DNA of 64,000 nucleotides from positions 940 to 64,939 of the IMG/VR virus record IMGVR_UViG_3300005998_000005, one strand, 5' to 3'. The position numbers were made by a program, and so were the translations under genes. This document shows, piece by piece, positions 44,554 through 52,950 of this stretch (positions within the stretch are counted from its first letter, which is position 1; each line of letters starts with the position of its first letter). The notes beneath the pieces were generated by a model, which searched no databases, was not told the DNA's origin, and worked only from the letters and a program-made list of their open reading frames with translations. The DNA is from a virus.

Positions 44554-45015
44554 TCAGGTCCAGTACTGGTAGCAGATGGTCAGTTTCTCTATGGTGTTTT
44601 CGGTATTGCCGCCTTCGAGCTCGTCGTATTCCAAGGTCTTGATCCATGCGCCATGCAGCGTCCAGCGTCTGGTCTCATTCCCGCTGCGGTCATAGCGCAC
44701 CACATCGATGTCCTTCAGATAATCGGCAGGCAGACCGCCGGTCACCGCATTGACATCAACCTGTTTTTTCACCCATTCCCGGGCCGCCTCGTCAGAGCCG
44801 TCCTGAAGGATTCCTTTTTCAAGGGTGATGTCCTCAAACTTCACGCGTCCGGCCACCTTCTGGTCGAACATGGAACCAGCAGGCGCAAAGGCCACTTCCT
44901 CGAATTCCGTTTTCGGCTCCTGTCCCTTGTGAAACAGGGCCACGTCAAAACCGTTCACCTCGATGGCAAACTGCCAGTTCTGGTAAAGGCTCTTGGGCAT
45001 ATTTCCACTTCTCAT
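44554..45015 (-). CDS. Tail tube protein (T4 gp19/eCIS-like)
   Basis: KVAGRVKFEDITLEKG, ETRRWTLHGAWIK, NTIEKLTICY. Confidence 0.85.
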   Translation of the reverse strand: MRSGNMPKSLYQNWQFAIEVNGFDVALFHKGQEPKTEFEEVAFAPAGSMFDQKVAGRVKFEDITLEKGILQDGSDEAAREWVKKQVDVNAVTGGLPADYLKDIDVVRYDRSGNETRRWTLHGAWIKTLEYDELEGGNTENTIEKLTICYQYWT

Positions 45016-45030
45016 GGTTTTCTCTCCTGA

Positions 45031-46560
45031 TTAAATGATTTCACTGAAGTCCGCGCCGGTGCCGGTCAGGATGAAATTCAGCTCGATGAATTCCGCTGTC
45101 TTGGTCGGCTTGACGAACACCCGGGCAATCATTTCATTGCGATCGATAACCGCCGGAGTGTTGGTTTCCTCATCACACTGGAAGGCGTAGCCATAGAGAC
45201 CGCCTTTCTCCTTGATGTCCTGCAGGAAGGGATTGATCAGACGACCGAGCGCCCGCCATGTCTGCGGATTGTTCGGCTCGAACACCACAAAACGGGATGA
45301 CTCGGAGATGGCTTCCTCCATGTACATCATCAGGCGACGGACATTGATTCGGTCCACCGCTGAAGGCTGACTCTGGAGTGTTTTCTGGCCCCAGATGTTG
45401 ATACCGGTGTCCGGGAAAACGGCAATGACATTGACCCCTTCGGGATAGAGCACATCGCGTTCGCCACGGCTGGTTTTGTAGGCGACCGATACCGCGTTGA
45501 AAATGCGGCCACGGTCGATTCCGGCCGGAGCCCACCAGACGTAGGTCTTCTGGTCTCTTCGGGCACAGCACCCGGCTACAGCGCCACAGGGTGGGATGTA
45601 TTTCTTGCGGGCGGTGATGGGATCGCTGCTTTCCAGCCATGGATAATAAAGAGCTGCGTAAGACGAGTTGAATGCCGCGTGGGTGTAGGTTCCCTGGCCC
45701 TTTCTGAAGTCAACGACCTCCAGCGGTTCAAGCATGAACGGCGTATCGGCAATGAATAGCAGGTCCTTGCGGTTCTCCGCATAGGTGATTCCGGCATTGA
45801 TAACCGGGACGATTGTAACACCGGGGACCATGAGCAGATTCAGTGCATCGATCTCATCGAAGGCATAGAGCCCTGTATGCTGGGACGGGTCGCCGATATA
45901 ATCCGAATCGGTCACACCGGTGAGGCCGTTATCGCCGCCGATAAGCTGATAGGTGCCTGCAACGGGCCTGTCTTCAGCTGTTCCGGTGCTCGGAGAAAGG
46001 TCGCTGACAGTGATGTAATCCGAGACCTCATTGATCATGAGTTCCACATGATTGGCCGACGTCTCATCCATGGAGAGGTCTTTGAATACCTCGACGATGT
46101 TGTCTTTGTATTTGACAACAAGATTGAAGGTGTTGGCCGGGTCCAGTGAACCGTCCTCGACCGTCACGGAAATACGGTCGCCCCATGTCCCGGGGTTGGC
46201 CGCATTGACCTGAAGGGCCGGTGCCGGTGTCGCATTGCGATTGGCAATGGTCATGTTTGAGTTCAATGCCGTCAGCGTGCTCTTGTCGGTGATATCGGTA
46301 TAGTGGGCAACACGGCAGACATAGAGGATCGAACCGCCATTGTCGAAAAAGGCTCTGGCCGCATAAGCCAGGTGTCCTTCATTGATGTAGGAGCCGAATT
46401 TATTGATGAACTGCTCCCAGCTCGTTACCAGCACCGGTTTGTTGACCGGGCCTTTTTCGGTGATACCCACCATGGCCACCGCCGAGGTGGAGATCTGCTT
46501 TACATAAAAAATGAAGTCTGTTTCCCGGGTGTAAATGCCGGGAGATAGATAGGCAGGCAT
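45031..46560 (-). CDS. Contractile tail sheath protein
   Basis: YLSPGIYTRE, AFFDNGG, WWAPAG, IWGQKTL, INVRRL, FEPNN..W, KPTKTAEFI. Confidence 0.95.
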   Translation of the reverse strand: MPAYLSPGIYTRETDFIFYVKQISTSAVAMVGITEKGPVNKPVLVTSWEQFINKFGSYINEGHLAYAARAFFDNGGSILYVCRVAHYTDITDKSTLTALNSNMTIANRNATPAPALQVNAANPGTWGDRISVTVEDGSLDPANTFNLVVKYKDNIVEVFKDLSMDETSANHVELMINEVSDYITVSDLSPSTGTAEDRPVAGTYQLIGGDNGLTGVTDSDYIGDPSQHTGLYAFDEIDALNLLMVPGVTIVPVINAGITYAENRKDLLFIADTPFMLEPLEVVDFRKGQGTYTHAAFNSSYAALYYPWLESSDPITARKKYIPPCGAVAGCCARRDQKTYVWWAPAGIDRGRIFNAVSVAYKTSRGERDVLYPEGVNVIAVFPDTGINIWGQKTLQSQPSAVDRINVRRLMMYMEEAISESSRFVVFEPNNPQTWRALGRLINPFLQDIKEKGGLYGYAFQCDEETNTPAVIDRNEMIARVFVKPTKTAEFIELNFILTGTGADFSEII

Positions 46561-46562
46561 CG

Positions 46563-46802
46563 TTATTTCCTCCGTTTCGTGGTTTTGGGTTCAGTGGTTT
46601 CAGCCGTCTCATCTGAAACGGAGGGCTTTTTCTCTTCCGGTTTTGAAAGGCCCACCAAGCCGCGTTTTTCAGCAAGCAAGATTTCTGGTGAGATATCCTT
46701 TTGCGGAATCGAGGTGCGCTCACGCGGGCCGAGATGCAATGTTCTGTCTCCGGCCAGATTGAAGGTGAGCAGTTGAAACTGAAGGTTTCTGATTTCAATC
46801 AC
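46563..46802 (-). CDS. Small phage hypothetical protein
   Basis: 79 aa, coupled between neighbours. Confidence 0.55.
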   Translation of the reverse strand: MIEIRNLQFQLLTFNLAGDRTLHLGPRERTSIPQKDISPEILLAEKRGLVGLSKPEEKKPSVSDETAETTEPKTTKRRK

Positions 46803-47362
46803 TGTTCATCTCCTTTGGGTTCATAGGTTCGTTCTTCATTCACGCTGCCGTGAAACTGGAAAGTTCGGTCCTTGATCAGATGGCCGTTTCTGATTTCGCC
46901 ATTGTAAACAGGACAATCTTCAATGCGGATGCGTCCGGAGCTTTGCTTCAGATTGGAAAGGTTGACCCGGTTGAGGCCGCCCAGCGGAGCGATCTCCGTC
47001 AGGTTGAGTTGGCCCTGATCCGTGATGGTCAAAACGGGATTGCGCTGGATAAAGCGGGAGACCGACTCCTGGAATTCAAGGAGTTCGACCTCACGGTCCA
47101 CAGTCACAATCAGGTCAAAGTCGAGATGATAGAGACGCGGAAAAGAACACTCCTCGAATGACAGAGCGTCCACGTCCTTTTCAATCAGGCGGCTTTGGCT
47201 GCGGCGCAGTTTGTTTTCGCTGACTCGCGGCCCCTGCAGAATGATGCTGGGCGTGCGCTGAACTTCAAAAACATCATCAGGCAGAACCAGCACGGCATCC
47301 GGGTGGATGTCGGCTTTGACCTGCCTGATCAGTGTTTCTGTAACGGTTCGTATTGTGCTCAC
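46799..47362 (-). CDS. Putative tail terminator/completion protein
   Basis: First gene of the tail module; GTG start with GGAGG RBS; call based on position. Confidence 0.5.
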   Translation of the reverse strand: MSTIRTVTETLIRQVKADIHPDAVLVLPDDVFEVQRTPSIILQGPRVSENKLRRSQSRLIEKDVDALSFEECSFPRLYHLDFDLIVTVDREVELLEFQESVSRFIQRNPVLTITDQGQLNLTEIAPLGGLNRVNLSNLKQSSGRIRIEDCPVYNGEIRNGHLIKDRTFQFHGSVNEERTYEPKGDEQ

Positions 47363-47388
47363 GGTAGCCTCCGGATGTTTCTGCCAGA

Positions 47389-47419
47389 TTACTTACCGGA
47401 AGCGCAGCGGATGTGTCGG
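47389..47419 (-). promoter_or_regulatory. Bipartite late-promoter-like motif, copy upstream of the tail module
   Basis: TTACTTACCGGA-N14-GTCGG. Confidence 0.75.
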
Positions 47420-47531
47420 GGAGTTGTTGAGATTGAAAGTTGTTTGAAGGGAGGGAATAGAAAAGTAGAATAGCCCCATTCAATATAGGGCTGATTCTCC
47501 TTTTGATTATTTCGGACCGGGAACCCGGATA

Positions 47532-48494
47532 TCAGGTCTGATTACACTCGCATAATTGATCCGAGCAATTGTGTATCTCAATCGTTGTATGTTTCAGTTT
47601 GGAAATTTCAGAGAGACGGGAGCAATAATCTGATGGTGTTCGACTTTCTTTTGTGACGACTGTGATCGTCGCTGCAAAATCGTTTGAATTTAGAGGCCAG
47701 ATGTGAAGGTCTCCAACCACACTGTCTCCGTCAGATTGAATAGCATTAACTACAGCCTCGTGGACATCTTTGTTGCCATTCCCGTCAAGTAGTATGAAAG
47801 CGCTGCTTCGAAGCAAACCCCACGCCCATTTTGCGATTAATACTCCACCAACGATCCCCATGACCGGGTCGAGGAACACCCAGCCAAAAAACTTTCCGGT
47901 CACAAGAGCCACAATTGCCAGAACCGAAGTCAACGCATCCGCGACTACATGTAAATAGGCAGCCCGAAGATTGTGGTCGTGATCGTGGTGGTGATGATCA
48001 TGATGATGGCTATGGTCGTGATCGTGGTGGTGATGTTCCCCTTTTCCGTGAAGCAACCATATGCTTAGAACATTTACCGCAAGTCCCACAATTGCGACGA
48101 GAATAGCCTCATCAAAAGCGATGGGCACTGGATGAATAAAACGTCCGACCGACTCGACCATCATGTAAATTGCAGTGCCACCCAAAAACAATGCGCTGGT
48201 GTAGGCAGAGAGAATTCCAACTTTTCCGGTACCGAAACCAAACTTTGAAGAATTGGAAAACTTCCTCGCCATTACATATGCAAAATAGGTTATCCCCAGC
48301 GCAAAAGCGTGGGTTCCCATGTGCCATCCGTCTGCCAAAAGAGCCATTGATCCGGTAAGAACTCCGGCAATAATTTCACCGAACATTGTGAGTCCGGTTA
48401 GGATTATCACTTGCAGTGTTTTCTTTTCATTTTCCTGAGTAACGCCATCGAAATCATGTTCATGACGTATCTGTTTCAAAGTTTCCTCATGCAT
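47532..48494 (-). CDS. dmeF: CDF-family Co/Ni efflux transporter, DmeF-like
   Basis: GSMALLADGWHMGTH, His-rich loop, HNLRAAYLHVVADALTS, DLHIW. Confidence 0.88.
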   Translation of the reverse strand: MHEETLKQIRHEHDFDGVTQENEKKTLQVIILTGLTMFGEIIAGVLTGSMALLADGWHMGTHAFALGITYFAYVMARKFSNSSKFGFGTGKVGILSAYTSALFLGGTAIYMMVESVGRFIHPVPIAFDEAILVAIVGLAVNVLSIWLLHGKGEHHHHDHDHSHHHDHHHHDHDHNLRAAYLHVVADALTSVLAIVALVTGKFFGWVFLDPVMGIVGGVLIAKWAWGLLRSSAFILLDGNGNKDVHEAVVNAIQSDGDSVVGDLHIWPLNSNDFAATITVVTKESRTPSDYCSRLSEISKLKHTTIEIHNCSDQLCECNQT

Positions 48495-48530
48495 AAAACA
48501 ACATCCTTAAATTTGTTATAAATCTTCACG

Positions 48531-48809
48531 TCATCTGATTTTTCCAAGGTGATCGACCAATTCATCGATGAGCTGATCACTGTTGCCATCCTGAATGCTT
48601 GCATTTTGTATGCAGCCTTTAATGTGGTCACCCACGATTTGTGTCCAGACACCTCTAATAGCACCTGAAACGGAAACCACCTGCCGGAGGACCTCAATGC
48701 AATCACGGTCATTTTCGATCATACCGGACAATCCCCGGATTTGACCTTCAATACGATTCAGCCGCTTAATCAAACGTTCTTTATCCTGATCTGTTCCGCA
48801 AAGAGCCAT
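48531..48809 (-). CDS. CsoR/RcnR-family metal-sensing repressor (DmeR-like)
   Basis: RLNRIEGQIRG, DCIEVLRQ, HIKGC; RBS GAGGA. Confidence 0.88.
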   Translation of the reverse strand: MALCGTDQDKERLIKRLNRIEGQIRGLSGMIENDRDCIEVLRQVVSVSGAIRGVWTQIVGDHIKGCIQNASIQDGNSDQLIDELVDHLGKIR

Positions 48810-48843
48810 CTGTTATTCCTCTTGATAGTTAATGTATAGTATA

Positions 48844-49969
48844 TAGTCGTCCCTGAAAAAGCCTTTTTTGAGACGAGTTAATAAACTTTCATAAGTTTTA
48901 GTTTTTTATTTTCTGATATTTTGGCATGAAAGACTAGAAAAATAACGGGCCCAAAAATGGAATTCATCCATTTTTTCATGTTATAGGCAGCAGCAGCGAG
49001 CAAAACATTGATTTGATCTCCAATGATGCCTTTCAAAAAGTTTCTTTTCATTCGATGATCAGACTTTAAACGCCCAATTATCGGTTCTATTCCTGCTCGT
49101 TTTCTAAATCGCTTTTTTTGTTTTTGCCGCTTGTAAGGACTATCTGTTTTTCGTAATACCGAAGTCGTTCTTCAGGAAGATTTCTTTGTAAATCACGAAG
49201 AAGCGAACCTGCAATAGTCTTTAACCTGCGTGCCGCTTTAAGGGCTGCTTTACGACGTTTGGGGTGGGAACGATTATGCTGAGCGTTAGTAAGTTTCGGT
49301 AAAGTTCTTTTGTAGGTTCTGCGCAACTTCACCTGTTCAATAAAAGCAATTTTTATGCACTGATCTGCTATTTTACGATGCAGCTTACTGTCTGTTGGAT
49401 AAGTTATGTTCTTTTCCTGAACAGTTGTGTCAATATGGATTTCTTTTTCCACAGCTTTTTGACCATGAAGATTAACTGAAACGTGAAGGATTTTTTCACG
49501 GCCTTGTTTGCCTATGCGTTTACGAAAATAAACCAGCTCACTTGGATCAATTGAAAACTCCACTGAAATTCAATTTCTCCACAAAAGTATTGATAGTAAG
49601 GGTTTTGAACCCAACGTTCAACTACTACTTCATCGGATAGGGTTTCAATTTGTTTTAACAGTAGAAGACCAACCATCAAACGGATTGGTTTGGCAGGACG
49701 ACCTTCATCAGAGTACAAACTTAAGAAGCTTTCTTCAAACTCGTCCCAGGGAATACGATTGGCGAGTTTATAAAGTTTATCTGATGGATTTAAAAGGTTT
49801 TCTAAACTCTGATGAAGAAAGCTATGATGACTGGAATGTGACGATTTTGGTTTCATTAATTTGACCGTTTTTTTAGTGTAAAGTTAATAATCATGGTCAA
49901 AAAATAACACAAAAAAGAAATTCTGTATATTCTATAGCAAAGACTTAAGTTGTTTTTCAGGGACGACTA
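48844..49969 (-). mobile_element. IS5-family element, non-autonomous (frameshift plus internal deletion), probable TATA target duplication
   Basis: Perfect inverted ends TAGTCGTCCCTGAAAAA/TTTTTCAGGGACGACTA with TATA on both sides; transposase fragments GRPAKPIRLMVGLLLLK, IDTTVQEKNITYPTD, RAGIEPIIGRLK; AT-rich. Confidence 0.88.
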
Positions 49970-49994
49970 TATAGGGGTATACCCTATGTTTCAA
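49970..49994 (-). promoter_or_regulatory. Upstream half of the csoR-dmeF promoter/operator, separated from its -10 by the IS
   Basis: The empty site reconstructs as TTGAAA-N17-TACTAT containing ATAGGGTATACCCCTATACTAT. Confidence 0.65.
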
Positions 49995-50034
49995 ACATAT
50001 GAAAGCGCTGATTGATGTCAAACGGTTTTTCTCT

Positions 50035-50520
50035 TTATGAAAGAAATTTCAGGGCCTGCCTGTAATTTTGCTCAATCTCTTTGCGGTATTTCTGCATAAC
50101 GGGATGAAGAAAAGGTCTGGCCGGGATGATAATGGTCGCCCCGTTCGGATGGTTGATGGAGGCTCCGTATTCCATGACAGCGCCGATATTCTCCATGCTT
50201 TCACCGTCCTTGTTGACGGTTCCCCGGAGCAGACCGACAAATGCTTTGTCCGCCATGATCTTCTGGGTGATGGAATTGATCAGAAAACCGGTGTCGATAA
50301 GCGCCTTGCTGGAGCCCTTGCGGGCGATGGTGCTATCGGCCAGCTTGGCAAAAGCCTGTCCGCCGGGGGCCTGATTGCGGATACCCCTTTGAATCTCCCG
50401 AACAAGAAACAGGGCATTGCGGATGGTGGCCTGCTGGAGAGCCATGGCGATCCGGGGTCCAAGAGTGCCATTCAGTTTGGCTTTGGCCTTGTTCCAGTCA
50501 CCGGTCCGTTTAACGCCCAT
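50035..50520 (-). CDS. Neck/virion morphogenesis protein
   Basis: KALIDTGFLINSI, MEYGA, IPARPFLHP. Confidence 0.78.
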   Translation of the reverse strand: MGVKRTGDWNKAKAKLNGTLGPRIAMALQQATIRNALFLVREIQRGIRNQAPGGQAFAKLADSTIARKGSSKALIDTGFLINSITQKIMADKAFVGLLRGTVNKDGESMENIGAVMEYGASINHPNGATIIIPARPFLHPVMQKYRKEIEQNYRQALKFLS

Positions 50521-50869
50521 GAATTGTCACCAGCTTGATGGATTGGTGGGTAATGACTCCAAAGAAGTGTTCTTCTTCAAGGGTCTGTATTCTGTATGTG
50601 ACTGTCTCTATCTGGAGCCTGTCCTCCGGGAGCACGTCAGCTTCCGGTAGAACGGAGACGGTGGCATCGATTTTTCCGGCGAGGTCTTCCGGAGGTGTGT
50701 GGACTATTTCAACGGGGATCGCGCTGACTGGGGTATATTCCTGATCGTCACTTCCGTACAGATTTTCACCGGGAACAATGCGCAGCACCGTGGCGGTGAT
50801 GCCGGAGGAGACAATCAGTTCTCTGACATCCTTCACGGCCTGTTCTTTTTCCCGATCTGTCAAAAGCAT
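50510..50869 (-). CDS. Head-closure-like protein
   Basis: Position and size; LPEDRLQIETVTYRI pattern. Confidence 0.55.
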   Translation of the reverse strand: MLLTDREKEQAVKDVRELIVSSGITATVLRIVPGENLYGSDDQEYTPVSAIPVEIVHTPPEDLAGKIDATVSVLPEADVLPEDRLQIETVTYRIQTLEEEHFFGVITHQSIKLVTIHGR

Positions 50870-51348
50870 CAGCAGTCCTCTTCAAGGCAGATTCCCTGTT
50901 CGTAAATCACCGGCTTAAGACCGCCGGGAGTAATGATGTAGCCATCCTCGTTGACCTCGGTTCCGGGCTTCAATGCGGCAAGCCTTTTGCGGTATTCATC
51001 CAGCAGATCTACTTCGAGCTTGGCCCAATGTTCAGGCTGTTTGGATTTGTCGACCCGTTTGTCGCCGCTGGAAAACGAGAAGGCATTAGCGGTGGCAGAG
51101 CGCATCACCTGACAGGCATGTATCTGCCCGAGCAGCAGAAGCAGCTCTCTGAGTTCACCGCTGATGTCCGGCAGAATCTGCTCGCCCTCGATGATCAGAG
51201 TAATCTCCGCATCCCGGGACAGCTTAAAAACAGCCTTCCGGACGCATCTCTCCAGTGTTGAATCCACAAAGAGAGACGCATCTGGATCGGACAGGTCGAT
51301 ACGCAGGTCGGCTATGAGCTCAGGAAGCGTCAACGTCAACCTCCGCAA
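50869..51348 (-). CDS. Head-tail adaptor-like protein
   Basis: Position after the capsid gene; FSFSSGDKRVDKS pattern. Confidence 0.55.
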   Translation of the reverse strand: MRRLTLTLPELIADLRIDLSDPDASLFVDSTLERCVRKAVFKLSRDAEITLIIEGEQILPDISGELRELLLLLGQIHACQVMRSATANAFSFSSGDKRVDKSKQPEHWAKLEVDLLDEYRKRLAALKPGTEVNEDGYIITPGGLKPVIYEQGICLEEDC

Positions 51349-51700
51349 GACGGTTCTTCAACGCGTCGATCACGGTTCTACGTTTTTCGCCTTCCATATA
51401 GCCTTTGAGTTTGGCCGGATCGGCTTCTTCATTGACCTTAGATATGGCATCGGTCGCATTGAGCTTGCTCAGATCACCATCCTGATCCTGCTTGCCCTGA
51501 GAGGAAGCATTGCCTGCTTTCTCCTTGTCGACCTGTATCACCACTCCGGTTTGCAGGCAGTGTTTGATCTGGTCTGTCTGCTCTTCAACAGGCGCAACCT
51601 CTCCGGGAAACAACTTAAGCCCGGCATCCGGGATGATGAGAATGCCGGGACGGACATTTTTTATCGCCAACATGATTCCTCCTTCGGCATTAAACACCAA
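51320..51700 (-). CDS. Phage hypothetical protein
   Basis: 126 aa following the major capsid gene. Confidence 0.55.
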   Translation of the reverse strand: MVFNAEGGIMLAIKNVRPGILIIPDAGLKLFPGEVAPVEEQTDQIKHCLQTGVVIQVDKEKAGNASSQGKQDQDGDLSKLNATDAISKVNEEADPAKLKGYMEGEKRRTVIDALKNRLAEVDVDAS

Positions 51701-52553
51701 GTTTCACTCGGGCCAGAACGTCCGGGCGGGTGATGCCCTGACCGATTTCAGACCATACCAGCCAGCCGGTTTTAAAGCGGGTCTTCTGGTCGATGGATTC
51801 GGCTTTGAGCTTCTCACGGACCGGCATTTTGCCCACTTCTTCATCCGGAATGATCAGGATTTCATCGAGGGGCATGGATGCCGTCAGCAGAATGCCGCCG
51901 GTGCCGTAGTTTTTAACCACGCCTTTCTGACGCAGCTCCAGCTTGGTCTGAGGATCGAGATCCCAGCCGCGCAGATCATTGAAGCGGCGACCACGCATGA
52001 CGATATACTTCACCGACAACTCGAGGTCCTCGATGATGGAGATCGCCTCGTTAAGGGCTTCCTCGGTCAGTGTGTTTCCGGCCACTTCAACGGTATTGGC
52101 AGTCGGAACCGCAGCCGACAACACAGAGATGGTTCTGCGGTCCATCTCTTTTCGAATGGCATCCGAGGCACTGGTCTGGATATCCATCAGCGTGCCGATG
52201 TTGCCGTTCTTGAGAACGGAGATATCCACCATCGGATTGGAATGGATGCGGTTGGTCGGAAACTCGACTTCATCCTTGCCGATCTCCTGTTCCTGTGCTT
52301 CACCGTCCTTGCTGATCCAGTGGGCTTTGACGGTCGGCTTTTTCTGGTAAAGCGGACGTTCCCCCTTGGGCAGCGTGTGTTTGGTCAGCAGCAGCGAGGA
52401 GATTTCCTTGCGCCGGATTTCCTGTTCAATCGGAGCGGCAATTGCAGCAGCCAACGCCTGCATCCCTTCCGGGGACTCAAGAGCTTCACTCATGAGCCTT
52501 GCCATGGTCTCCATGTATTCCTGGCTGTGAATGTTCATTGGGTTGTTCTTCAT
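51690..52553 (-). CDS. Major capsid protein (HK97-fold inferred)
   Basis: Size and position after protease and decoration genes; EVEFPTNRIHSNPMVDI pattern. Confidence 0.75.
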   Translation of the reverse strand: MKNNPMNIHSQEYMETMARLMSEALESPEGMQALAAAIAAPIEQEIRRKEISSLLLTKHTLPKGERPLYQKKPTVKAHWISKDGEAQEQEIGKDEVEFPTNRIHSNPMVDISVLKNGNIGTLMDIQTSASDAIRKEMDRRTISVLSAAVPTANTVEVAGNTLTEEALNEAISIIEDLELSVKYIVMRGRRFNDLRGWDLDPQTKLELRQKGVVKNYGTGGILLTASMPLDEILIIPDEEVGKMPVREKLKAESIDQKTRFKTGWLVWSEIGQGITRPDVLARVKLGV

Positions 52554-52570
52554 GTGTACAGTTCCTGTGG

Positions 52571-52936
52571 TTAAATAAGCAGTTTGAATTTCAAAACGCC
52601 GCTCTGGACGGAAATGGCCTGAGCGATGACATGCTGCCGGTTTGTAATGCTTCCGCCTTCAAGTTTGCCGGTGGCCGAAACCTTCAGATCGTCCCCGGGA
52701 TTGATTGTCCCTTCGAAGACATCTGTTTCGTACACCCCGCCGTTGCAGTAGATGCCGGGCATTTCAGCGCCTGCGTAATCCTTGATCAGGATGCCGAAAG
52801 AACGGACCTCCGGATCGGTGTTGACTGAAAACAGATCGTTTCCTGCCAGACTCACCAGATGGCCAAGCTGGCCATCGCCTTGCATATAGCCGTCACCGTA
52901 AGCGAGGCCCCTGTGACATGGATTGATAAAAGACAT
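52571..52936 (-). CDS. Capsid decoration/cement-like protein
   Basis: 121 aa, Gly-rich, beta-type, between protease and capsid genes. Confidence 0.6.
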   Translation of the reverse strand: MSFINPCHRGLAYGDGYMQGDGQLGHLVSLAGNDLFSVNTDPEVRSFGILIKDYAGAEMPGIYCNGGVYETDVFEGTINPGDDLKVSATGKLEGGSITNRQHVIAQAISVQSGVLKFKLLI

Positions 52937-52950
52937 AGCTCTTCTCCTTG

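Noticed and set aside
22870-47362. Stand-alone eCIS/tailocin
   Set aside because: Terminase, portal, protease and capsid genes are contiguous and share the same late motif
47969-48035. GTG/ATG-rich repeats
   Set aside because: They simply encode the His-rich loop of DmeF
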